From the UHGV virus genome UHGV-0085052: a stretch of 35,543 nucleotides of DNA. One strand, 5' to 3'. Source of the stretch: a virus. A program made the position numbers and the translations under genes. This document shows positions 27,576-35,543 of the stretch, in pieces (position 1 is the stretch's first letter; each line of letters opens with the position of its first letter). Below the pieces are notes generated by a model. The model was not told the origin of the DNA, did no database searches, and was given only the letters and a program-made list of their open reading frames with translations.

Positions 27576-28512
27576 ATTAAAATCAAATCTGAAAGCAAGC
27601 GCTAGCCAGGTATATGCAGTGCTGACAGACCGGGGGGCGCAACTTGAAGCCGCTGCGCTGGCATCGGGTGTACCTGTTGTGCTGAATAAATTTGTTATCG
27701 GTGACGCGAGCGGAAACGACGATGTAACGCCAGACCCGGCACGAACAGCATTAATTCACGAGACGTATCGCGGTGATATTAAATCGTCAGAAAATAGTGA
27801 TAACCAGGTTATCTTTACACTATACGTACCGCCAGAAACCGGCGGTTATACTATCCGTGAGGTGGGGATATTGACAGATAAAGGTGAACTGTACTCTGTA
27901 GCGCGTTCGCCGGATATTTTAAAACCTACGGATAGCAATGGTGCACTGATTTCAATCACGTATAAATACACCCTCGCAGTGTCCAGCACATCTACTGTTA
28001 ATGTTGTTATTGATAACAGTAGCGGTATGAGCCAGGCTGATGCTGACAAACGATATTTGCAGATAAACAAAAATTTATCTGAAATTAAAGATAAAGGCAC
28101 AGCGGCGCAAAAAACGGCACGGGAAAATATCGGCGTTAATCTTGATGATTATTACACCAAAAAGGACGTAGACAATTTAATTGATGATAGCGATGACCCC
28201 GCACCGGTGGTGCCTGCGTTTGCAGCTGTCGGCTCAGTTGTTTATGCAGGATTTGGATTTAGTAACGAGACTGTTATGCACTATAAACCCGGGGATACTA
28301 TTGCAGGTTCATTGATTTTTCCTGCGTATACATATAGAAAAAATGCGCAGTTAATTAGCGACGTTATTATTAGTATAGGATTTTCAGCAGAATCCCTGCC
28401 TGGCTTGTGGGCGCTCTCAGGGTATATGCCGTCGAGTTCCGAACCGACAGACGGTAATGCCGAAGCTATTTTTACAGCGAGTTTTGCAACAAATTTCATT
28501 AGAGTGGCCTAA
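27559..28512 (+). CDS. Tail fibre protein (P2 gpH-like N-terminal domain, short divergent C-terminus); appears to use a TTG start
   Basis: N-terminal similarity to P2 H (IGDASGN...P...ALIHETYRG versus VGDGGG...GQTGLIHEVWR; TIREVGILTDKGELYSVA versus WMRELGLYDDAGTLIAVA); only 317 aa; the gene sits in an AT-rich segment. Confidence 0.65.
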   Translation: MDIVAKLKSNLKASASQVYAVLTDRGAQLEAAALASGVPVVLNKFVIGDASGNDDVTPDPARTALIHETYRGDIKSSENSDNQVIFTLYVPPETGGYTIREVGILTDKGELYSVARSPDILKPTDSNGALISITYKYTLAVSSTSTVNVVIDNSSGMSQADADKRYLQINKNLSEIKDKGTAAQKTARENIGVNLDDYYTKKDVDNLIDDSDDPAPVVPAFAAVGSVVYAGFGFSNETVMHYKPGDTIAGSLIFPAYTYRKNAQLISDVIISIGFSAESLPGLWALSGYMPSSSEPTDGNAEAIFTASFATNFIRVA

Positions 28513-28517
28513 ATAAA

Positions 28518-28751
28518 ATGTTTAAAGATGATGATTTTTCAAATATAAAATTACCGCGCTATTCTAGCACATCAGGCAATAGTATTGATGTTAAATGTGA
28601 TATCAGAGGTATCGGTAGTGATATTTTATTTACTGCATCTAAAACCGATTCCACATTATATGGAAGGAATTTATACGAGCGAGCTTTGGCCGGTGAATTT
28701 GGTGATGTCGCTGAATATGTGGCTCCAATTATAATCGAATCAGGAGAGTAA
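28518..28751 (+). CDS. Small fibre-associated ORF (77 aa), function unknown (not a recognisable P2 gpG-type chaperone)
   Basis: AT-rich ORF 5 bp after the fibre gene; no family recognised. Confidence 0.3.
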   Translation: MFKDDDFSNIKLPRYSSTSGNSIDVKCDIRGIGSDILFTASKTDSTLYGRNLYERALAGEFGDVAEYVAPIIIESGE

Positions 28752-28756
28752 AATAA

Positions 28757-30250
28757 ATGAGCACTAATTTTTTACATGGGCCCCGGACGCTCGAATACGA
28801 CGACGGCACAAAAGAGATCAACACAGTCGATATTTCAGTTATCGGGATTGTTGGTACTGCACCGGATGTTGGGCTAGGGGAGAGGGCATCATTAACGTGG
28901 GGATCACCGCTGGCAAATAATGTAGTCACCTTTTTTCCGGTCTATTATGGGGATTACGGAAATAAATTTGCAGTTGAAATTATTAAGAAGGGTATTTCTG
29001 GAATTAAATACGGATATAGCACACTTCCAGACGGAACAATAAAATTAACGCTCGGGACCGACAGCACAACAACGCCGGAACGGCTGGCGCAAGACGTAGT
29101 GACTCACGGTGAAGGGCGAACCGCTGAGGATTATATTTGTGTAGGCATTGACGAGGACAGTAAAAATGACGGAATTGTTTATCAGATGCCCGTCACGAGC
29201 CTGACGGGCGGTTCTGACGCTCCATTTCCAGTCAACATACCCACACTAATTGCAGGTAGTCAGAAAAAAGCGGCGCTCCTGGGTGCAGCAGGCACTCTCC
29301 CCGCAGCCATCACTGATATTTTAAATCAGACAGATGCGCTAATTGTTGTTGTTCGCGTAGACGAAAACACAGACGCGACAAAAGAGCGTGAGAACGTAAT
29401 CAACGGCATTAACGTTTTGTTAACATCGGGACAAATAAACCAGGTGACTCCACGAATTTTGATTGCACCTGATTACAGCGCTAATGACGACGTCGCTGCC
29501 GCGCTGGAGGTAGTCACAAATAAATTACGTGGAGTCGGCTATATTGATTCTCCACGCACGGCATCGCCCGCAGACGTCGTTAACCGCCGCCATAAATATA
29601 GCGCGCGCATGGAAATACTACGCCCGCGTGTGTTTTCCACGGGCGATCTCAGTGATCTGTCGCGTCCATATTCAGCTATCGCCGCTGGTTTACGAGCCAG
29701 AATTGACAACGAAAAAGGGTTTTGGTGGAGCAAATCTAATCAAAATATTTATGGAATAACAGGGCTTGAGCAGGTTGATGATTTCATTATTGGCGAGACA
29801 AACTGCACGGCGAACCTGCTGAACGCTAGTCAGGTAAGCACCATCATTCGCTATGATGGATTCCGACATTGGGGTAACTATCTGTGCAGCCTGGATCCGC
29901 AGTGGTCGTTTGAATGCGTTCGTCGGACAGCTGACGTAATTGAAGATTCTATAGCCCGGGCAATGATGACAGATTTTATTGATCGCCCGATAGACCTGCA
30001 TCTCGGAACAGACGTTGTCGAGTCGATAAACGCATATCTGCACAAATTAGAGGAGCAGGGTGCGATTAACGGAGGGCGTGCGTGGTTAGACGGTGAGTTG
30101 AATACAAAAGAAAGTCTGGCCGCTGGTAATCTTTATATTAATGTTGATTTTGGTCCGAAATCTCCGGCACAAACAATTACGTTAATGTACCGCATTAATA
30201 ATGACTATACAGTTGAAGCGCTGGCCTCCCTTTTTAAAGAAACAGCCTGA
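28757..30250 (+). CDS. Contractile tail sheath protein, P2 gpFI-like
   Basis: N-terminus (FLHGPRTLEYDDGTKEINTVDISVIGIVGTAP) and C-terminus (GFRHWGNYLCSLDPQWSFECVRRTADVIEDSIARAMM) align with P2 FI. Confidence 0.9.
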   Translation: MSTNFLHGPRTLEYDDGTKEINTVDISVIGIVGTAPDVGLGERASLTWGSPLANNVVTFFPVYYGDYGNKFAVEIIKKGISGIKYGYSTLPDGTIKLTLGTDSTTTPERLAQDVVTHGEGRTAEDYICVGIDEDSKNDGIVYQMPVTSLTGGSDAPFPVNIPTLIAGSQKKAALLGAAGTLPAAITDILNQTDALIVVVRVDENTDATKERENVINGINVLLTSGQINQVTPRILIAPDYSANDDVAAALEVVTNKLRGVGYIDSPRTASPADVVNRRHKYSARMEILRPRVFSTGDLSDLSRPYSAIAAGLRARIDNEKGFWWSKSNQNIYGITGLEQVDDFIIGETNCTANLLNASQVSTIIRYDGFRHWGNYLCSLDPQWSFECVRRTADVIEDSIARAMMTDFIDRPIDLHLGTDVVESINAYLHKLEEQGAINGGRAWLDGELNTKESLAAGNLYINVDFGPKSPAQTITLMYRINNDYTVEALASLFKETA

Positions 30251-30267
30251 TAATTCGGAGAGTAAAT

Positions 30268-30780
30268 ATGTCAGATAGCAACGCTTACTGCGCGTTTGCG
30301 CTATTCGTGCAGGGTGAACGGGTTTTAAATTGTACTGAATATACTCCAGTCGATATGAAAATAATCGAAGACGAGTTTAAAACAGGTGCGATGGATACAG
30401 CCATCACCTTGGATGGTGGTATGGAGAAAATGTCAGCAAGTTTTAAAGTTTCAGGTTCTGATTCTGGTGTTATGAGCTATTTCGGGTTAATACCGGGAGT
30501 CAAGACACGGTTTGAAATTCGTAGTGCGTACACAGACTCCTATGGAATAAATTTTGAGCGTATTGATACCTACGAGGGACTTATTACGGCAATCACTGAT
30601 GATGCCCAGGGGACTGATTCAAAATCGTCAGTGGGGCAATCAGTAACGATTGCTCCGAGCTATTATAAACGAGTTCAAAATGGACGAATTATTTACGAAA
30701 TTCATCCTGCAAAAATGAAACGCGTTATTAACGGTGTTGATGTTCTTGCGGGCGTCGCTCGAATCCTTCATGTATATTAA
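30268..30780 (+). CDS. Tail tube protein (P2 gpFII position)
   Basis: 170-aa ORF directly after the sheath gene; weak similarity to P2 FII; assignment mostly by conserved order. Confidence 0.7.
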   Translation: MSDSNAYCAFALFVQGERVLNCTEYTPVDMKIIEDEFKTGAMDTAITLDGGMEKMSASFKVSGSDSGVMSYFGLIPGVKTRFEIRSAYTDSYGINFERIDTYEGLITAITDDAQGTDSKSSVGQSVTIAPSYYKRVQNGRIIYEIHPAKMKRVINGVDVLAGVARILHVY

Positions 30781-30792
30781 AAGGTAAGTAAA

Positions 30793-31074
30793 ATGGAATC
30801 CTTATTAGACAGTATGACTATTACTCTCTCTCGACCGTTTATTATTAAGGGCGAGAGCTGCGATACAATTACTATTCGCGAACCAAAATTACGCGACCGC
30901 ATTATGTTCAGTAACGATAAAAGTGGTCTTGAAGAGCGGACAGCGACAATGCTGGCGCGCCTGGCAAATCTGGAGCGAGAGGATTTATATGCACTGCCTG
31001 CGTGCGATTACGATCAAATGGAGGCCGCGTTTAACGAACTGGTAAAGCCCCCGAAAGACCGACATCAGATATAG
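30793..31074 (+). CDS. Tail assembly chaperone, P2 gpE-like (possible E/E' frameshift extension into 31075-31207)
   Basis: TITLSRPFIIKGESCDTITIREPKLRD resembles P2 E (TVTLETPIKRGNTEIITITLRKPNSGELRG); an alternative frame stays open from the end of the gene to just past the tape-measure start. Confidence 0.7.
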   Translation: MESLLDSMTITLSRPFIIKGESCDTITIREPKLRDRIMFSNDKSGLEERTATMLARLANLEREDLYALPACDYDQMEAAFNELVKPPKDRHQI

Positions 31075-31182
31075 TTATTCTGATTCCGTTTATTGCGAAA
31101 AAACTTGCTATCCCGCCCGATACGCAAATGGACCTGCCGTATCGGGTTTTTAATTTCTATGTAAACGAGGTCATGAAAACCG

Positions 31183-32823
31183 ATGGCTATTTCTCAAAAC
31201 TTTAAAACGCAGGTTGTATTTGGGGGGCGAATAGACCCGTCGTTTCGGCGCGGTACAACAGAACTCAACGACGCCATTCGGCAGACGTCGTCTACTGTCG
31301 GAAAATTAACGAAAAGCCAGGATAAATTAAAAGACAAAATCGCAGCAATGAAACTGGCGGGTAAAGACGTTTCTGATTTATCTGCTCAGTATCAAAAGCT
31401 GGACCGTCGGATAAAAGCGACAACACAGGACCAGGAAGCTCTGAATACTCAGCTCGCCAAAAAACAGCGGCTGGAGAATTGGACGGGGCGCGCAAAAGGG
31501 GCTGCAAAATGGGGAGGGCGAGCCGCCGCAGGTGCGGTGAGGGCCACGGGACGGGGTATCAAATGGGGGACGCTAGGGGCTGTGGGGCTGCTCGGCGGCG
31601 CGGCTGCTGGCGCGCTGGCAATGAATGCAGAGACGTCAGAAAAGCTCGGTCTGGCGAAGTCCTACGGTGTTGGCATCGAAAAATACGCTGCGTGGGAAAA
31701 TATTGGTAAAGCTGCAGGGCTGAATGGCGAAAACGTAGGAGATCTGTCGGAGGAGTTGACTAATAAAATCGGGGAGGTTGGAAACGAAAAAAACCTGAAC
31801 CCCATGTTGTTTCAAATTGGCCTGACAAAAAAACGGATGGCTAAATGGGATCGAGAAAAACAGTTCAATGAAGTTATGCGGCGTATCTCTGAAATGAAGG
31901 ATGATCAACAGGCGGCGAGTCTGGCTGATCAGCTCATGGGGGGAGAGGCTAATAAAATAATGACCTATATGCGGGCGACTGGTAAAAGCTGGGAGCAGAC
32001 TATGTCGGACGCTCAAAAATCGAACCTGCTAACGAAAGAAGGGGCTGAGGGGGCAGCGCGCGCGCACGTATCCGTCACGAATCTATGGGGGGCAATTACA
32101 TCGGGGTTGGCAGATACGCTCGGTAAAATCGGGGGGGAACTCGCGCCGACGTTTGACGCTATGCGAGACGAGCTGGCATCCTGGTTTAAAGAGAATCAAG
32201 GGGGGGGTGTTGATAGTATTAAAGAATGGGTTAAGCCAGAAAATATGAAAAAAATGTGGGAGGGGATAGTCAGTTTTGGCGAGGCGTGCGTTAAATTCGG
32301 AAAAATAATTTGGGCAGTAGCAAAAAAACTTGAGTGGTTAATACCGGACGAGAAAACAGACGAGGAACAGCGCGTATATAACGAAGAATATAATAAAGCG
32401 TATCAGGAATTCATGGATAGTGGTGGTAAATATTCACCGAACCCAGGACTGGCAGCAGATAATGTAGCAAAAGCAAAGGCCGACGAAGCCGTAGATAATA
32501 TGCGACACCCTGAACGTCTTGCTCGTGCAAAATCACAGGCTGAATCAATGCTCTCGTTTGCTAACCCGTTTACTGGATTAATAAATAAAGACTCAACGCC
32601 TGAATCACAAAACTCAGCAACCTTGAATATAGACGCGCTGAGACAGGCAGTCGCAACTCCAGCGCCAGAGCAAAACAATAAAATTGAAATCAATATTATC
32701 GGAGCGGCAGATCCACAATCAACACAGCAGGCTGCTGCATCGGGTGTGCTCGACGGGTTGAGACAAGTTGCGAGTTCGTATAATCGTGGCGCGATGTTTG
32801 ATAAACCAGCGGCGGCGGGGTGA
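31183..32823 (+). CDS. Tail tape measure protein
   Basis: 546-aa Gly/Ala/Lys-rich, coiled-coil-like protein in the tape-measure position between E and U; contains G7-G8 homopolymer runs. Confidence 0.75.
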   Translation: MAISQNFKTQVVFGGRIDPSFRRGTTELNDAIRQTSSTVGKLTKSQDKLKDKIAAMKLAGKDVSDLSAQYQKLDRRIKATTQDQEALNTQLAKKQRLENWTGRAKGAAKWGGRAAAGAVRATGRGIKWGTLGAVGLLGGAAAGALAMNAETSEKLGLAKSYGVGIEKYAAWENIGKAAGLNGENVGDLSEELTNKIGEVGNEKNLNPMLFQIGLTKKRMAKWDREKQFNEVMRRISEMKDDQQAASLADQLMGGEANKIMTYMRATGKSWEQTMSDAQKSNLLTKEGAEGAARAHVSVTNLWGAITSGLADTLGKIGGELAPTFDAMRDELASWFKENQGGGVDSIKEWVKPENMKKMWEGIVSFGEACVKFGKIIWAVAKKLEWLIPDEKTDEEQRVYNEEYNKAYQEFMDSGGKYSPNPGLAADNVAKAKADEAVDNMRHPERLARAKSQAESMLSFANPFTGLINKDSTPESQNSATLNIDALRQAVATPAPEQNNKIEINIIGAADPQSTQQAAASGVLDGLRQVASSYNRGAMFDKPAAAG

Positions 32824-33248
32824 CAATGAGTGATGCAATAAACGGTGCTGAGGATATCATGCTCGGCCTGGGTGATTTCATTTTTGCTATATCAACAGTA
32901 GCGTACAACAAACTGCAACGTAGTGACGCCTGGCGCTGGGCTCAGCAAACACGATTCGGGAAAAACGACGCGTTGCAGATAACCGGACGACCGAACCCCA
33001 CAATCACTATCGATGGAAAGATAAACGCTTTATTTCTTGACGGGTGCGGCGTCGGCCTGTTGACAGATTTGCGTGCGCTTGGGAACACGGGAGAACCCCA
33101 GCAGCTAGTGCTGGGGACCGGGGAGGTGAAAGGGTACTGGGTGCTGCGAGAACTAACTGAAACGCAAAACAGCTTTTTGATGGGCGGAACCCCAAAATCG
33201 CAGGACTTTTCACTCACGCTCGAATATTATGGAGCTTCGCTAGATTAA
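32820..33248 (+). CDS. Tail protein, P2 gpU-like
   Basis: MLGLGDFIFAIS...RWAQQTRFGKNDALQITG aligns with P2 U (MLALGMFVFMRQ...RWPSNSRIGKSDAFQFLG). Confidence 0.8.
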   Translation: MTMSDAINGAEDIMLGLGDFIFAISTVAYNKLQRSDAWRWAQQTRFGKNDALQITGRPNPTITIDGKINALFLDGCGVGLLTDLRALGNTGEPQQLVLGTGEVKGYWVLRELTETQNSFLMGGTPKSQDFSLTLEYYGASLD

Positions 33249-33409
33249 TATAAAATCAAGCGCTACCAGAGCACTTAACAAGTATAAAAATAATAAAAAA
33301 AACTACGAACATAAATGTAAAACAACCTGATGGTATTTTTTTTGACGCCGAAATACTAATACCTCTCCGACTACTAAAATTAATTCTCATTATGAAATCC
33401 TTTTAATTA

Positions 33410-33634
33410 ATGGGGCCCCAAATGATTACATACACTACACGGGACGGTGACCGTCTCGATCAGATCTGCCTTGCTGTCTACGGGAGAACAGCAAAAACGA
33501 CAGAAACCGTGTTATATCAGGTTTTAAATTACGGCGTAACGGATATGTGTGCCGTGTTTCGTGCAGGAGAAAAAATTGTTTTACCAGAAATCGACCCCGA
33601 ACCGGTTAAAAAAGAAACGCAATTATGGGATTGA
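33410..33634 (+). CDS. Tail protein, P2 gpX-like (LysM-like)
   Basis: RDGDRLDQICLAVYGRTAKTTETVLYQ...VLPEIDPEPVKKETQLWD aligns with P2 X (LQGDTLDAICVRYYGRTEGVVETVLAA...VELPDVQTAPVAETVNLWE). Confidence 0.8.
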   Translation: MGPQMITYTTRDGDRLDQICLAVYGRTAKTTETVLYQVLNYGVTDMCAVFRAGEKIVLPEIDPEPVKKETQLWD

Positions 33635-33637
33635 TGA

Positions 33638-34681
33638 ATGAGTGATTACGTAAATACTGGCGTGGAAGCATGGAAGCCCAATTTTTATATATCTGCTGAT
33701 AATGAAAACATCACGGATAAAATAAGAAAAGGTTTGATCAATATCACGCTCACAGATTATGGCGGTTCGAGTAAACAGACAGACGAATTACGCGTAGCAA
33801 TCGTTTCTGAAACTCTGAAAATTCCGGCCCGCGGAGTAAAAATCAGTATTGGGCTCGGTTTCGGTAATCAGATAATTGATAAGGGTGTATACATCGTTGA
33901 TGGTGCGAGCAGTGGCGGTGAACCCCGGGTAGTTGATTTCACAGCAAAAGCAGCGCCGATGAACGCATCAAAAGGCTCTCCGACAGTTCAGAGCAAAAAA
34001 ACTCGCTCCTGGAGCGACGTCACTGTCAGCAATATCGTTGCAACAATAGCGAGCGATAACGGGCTAAAACCACGCGTATCAAAGCGGTTTGCAGACAATA
34101 TTATCACGCAACTCGATCAAGTCGGCGAGTCAGATATGCACCTGATGTCGAGACTAGCAACACGATTCGACGCTGTGAGTAAACCCGCGGGAGGGTACTG
34201 GATATTCCTGCCGCGCGGCGCGGGCGAATCTGTTAGCGGAGCGCCGCTTCAGCACTACACGCTCACGCGTCGTGATAACTCCAGCTGGGGTTATTCACGA
34301 AACGGACAAAGTGGCGATAGTGGTAGCGGTGGCGAAAATCCGGAACCGACGTATCTGATTAAATATCACGACACAGCAACTGGGCAGATCAAAGAATTGC
34401 GGACAGGTAGTGGCGGCGATCCTGTCATTGAATGGCCGGCAGTTGAGCCGTCGCTCGACGCAGCGAAAGAAGCTGCACCAGGGCTCAAGGGCGGTGCAGC
34501 TAAAAAAGAGTTCTCTATGACGTACACGACGCCAGCGACGCTCGATTTAGTGTCGCTGACAGCAGAATGCAAAGTCACAACTCAAGGATTCGGGACCGAG
34601 GAGGACCGGGACTGGACTATCAACACGCTGAGCCTGACGCTTGCTGAAAACGGCTTTTCGGTTCGGCTGTCTCTGGAGTAA
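33638..34681 (+). CDS. Tail protein, P2 gpD-like
   Basis: N-terminal (ITDKIRKGLINITLTD) and C-terminal (WTINTLSLTLAENGFSVRLSLE) similarity to P2 D (WTITKVTHFLNNSGFTTSLELE). Confidence 0.85.
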   Translation: MSDYVNTGVEAWKPNFYISADNENITDKIRKGLINITLTDYGGSSKQTDELRVAIVSETLKIPARGVKISIGLGFGNQIIDKGVYIVDGASSGGEPRVVDFTAKAAPMNASKGSPTVQSKKTRSWSDVTVSNIVATIASDNGLKPRVSKRFADNIITQLDQVGESDMHLMSRLATRFDAVSKPAGGYWIFLPRGAGESVSGAPLQHYTLTRRDNSSWGYSRNGQSGDSGSGGENPEPTYLIKYHDTATGQIKELRTGSGGDPVIEWPAVEPSLDAAKEAAPGLKGGAAKKEFSMTYTTPATLDLVSLTAECKVTTQGFGTEEDRDWTINTLSLTLAENGFSVRLSLE

Positions 34682-34847
34682 ATTGGCTCGGCGAGCCGGT
34701 GGCGGGTATGAATTTAGTATTAACGACTGTCGACTGCAAACGGCACCTGCGATATTTTTAGGCGTAAGCCGGAGAACGAAGAGTCTCTGGTGCTGAACGT
34801 TGTTATCGTTAGATGCTGACATTTTTTAATATTGGGAGTTTTCAAAC

Positions 34848-35267
34848 ATGGTCGTTAAAAATGCTCTTGCCTGTGGGATTATGCTTGCTCTTGTCGGTTG
34901 TGCTACAAAACCTGTCTCAAATGAACAAGCCACACCTGTTCCTGAAAAACAAATAATCAGTACCGCGTTACTCGAAAAACGAGACGGTACGGGAGAGGTG
35001 ATCATCAAGCGTGACTCGGGGTTCTTTGGAAGCGCGTGCTTTTCCCGTGTTTATGTTGATGGTAAAGAGGTGGCAGATTTAGGTACAGCTCAGAAAGTCG
35101 TTGTATACCCAACGATTGGTGATCATGTCTTCAGCGCGTGGCCTAAAGGGGTATGTGGCGGTGGTATGAGTGAGCAGGCGGGTAAGGTGACAACAGATCG
35201 TACTTTGATGTATCGCATAGGGTATGGATCAAACGGTGAATATGGCATTCACCCAACTGCGTTTTAA
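34848..35267 (+). CDS. Lipoprotein of unknown function (moron between tail genes and att site)
   Basis: Signal peptide with lipobox (LALVGCA); GGAG-like RBS; followed by a strong hairpin; no family recognised. Confidence 0.5.
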   Translation: MVVKNALACGIMLALVGCATKPVSNEQATPVPEKQIISTALLEKRDGTGEVIIKRDSGFFGSACFSRVYVDGKEVADLGTAQKVVVYPTIGDHVFSAWPKGVCGGGMSEQAGKVTTDRTLMYRIGYGSNGEYGIHPTAF

Positions 35268-35274
35268 TTTGTGT

Positions 35275-35305
35275 TGGGGTATGTGAGTTTTTCTCATACC
35301 CCTTT
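35275..35305 (+). terminator. Hairpin (GGGGTATG...CATACCCC) after the terminal lipoprotein gene
   Basis: Imperfect ~10-bp stem seen directly, followed by a T-rich stretch. Confidence 0.45.
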
Positions 35306-35488
35306 ACCTCACTTTGCTCCTGACTGTTTGGTCACATCAAGGCGCAAAACATCACCATTTTTTGCCAAAAACCTTCAGAAGATGATGAGAAAGACGTGTC
35401 ATAACTATATGATTATTTGATATTCACACACACCATCATGTCCGGATAATTTGCCATAATTATTTGAATTTATTGCACAAAACGAACA

Positions 35489-35543
35489 ATTTAAAATCCC
35501 TCGGCGTTCGCGCTGTGCGGGTTCAAGTCCCGCTCCGGGTACC
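35489..35543 (+). tRNA. Partial tRNA: 3' ~55 nt of a tRNA-Leu (anticodon UAA, leuZ-like), anticodon loop through acceptor 3' strand; interpreted as prophage att core copy rather than a complete gene
   Basis: ATTTAAAATCCCTCGGCGTTCGCGCTGTGCGGGTTCAAGTCCCGCTCCGGGTACC matches the 3' part of enterobacterial tRNA-Leu(UAA) as remembered (long variable arm, GGTTCAAGTCC T-loop, ACC end). The upstream 30 nt is AT-rich and cannot form the 5' half. Confidence 0.6.

Noticed and set aside
31183-32823. G6-G8 runs in the tape-measure gene as phase-variation sites
   Set aside because: They mostly reflect Gly (GGG/GGN) codon runs in a Gly-rich protein; without read-level data there is no reason to prefer slippage over coding constraint.
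35489-35543. Possibility of a complete tRNA gene cut by the window edge
   Set aside because: The 30 nt upstream of the match are AT-rich and cannot form the acceptor 5' strand or D-arm; only the 3' portion is present.

Overview
The window reads as an enterobacterial-type prophage, probably defective, lying between a truncated integrase gene at the left end and a partial tRNA-Leu 3' segment (att core copy) at the right end. From left to right it contains: (1) an integrase C-terminal remnant and small regulatory-looking ORFs; (2) an ~8 kb accessory island (about 1.6-9.9 kb) bracketed by a duplicated ~60-bp segment, encoding two lipoproteins, an HNH-domain protein, a GIY-YIG-domain protein, a DUF2971-like protein and a 617-aa protein with a HEPN-like Rx4HG motif; these are the best candidates for an undescribed defence system; (3) self-contained moron units; (4) a lambdoid late-control block (DUF1367, YbcO-like, Q antiterminator, pR'/tR'-like region) and a lysis cassette; (5) lambda-like packaging and head genes (Nu1, A, W, B, C, D, E, FI); (6) a P2/R-pyocin-like contractile tail module (V, W, J, I, fibre, sheath, tube, E, tape measure, U, X, D); (7) a terminal lipoprotein moron. 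No rRNA, CRISPR array or transposase was seen. All family assignments come from reading the translations against remembered sequences and motifs, with no database search; coordinates of elements located by eye are approximate to a few bp.
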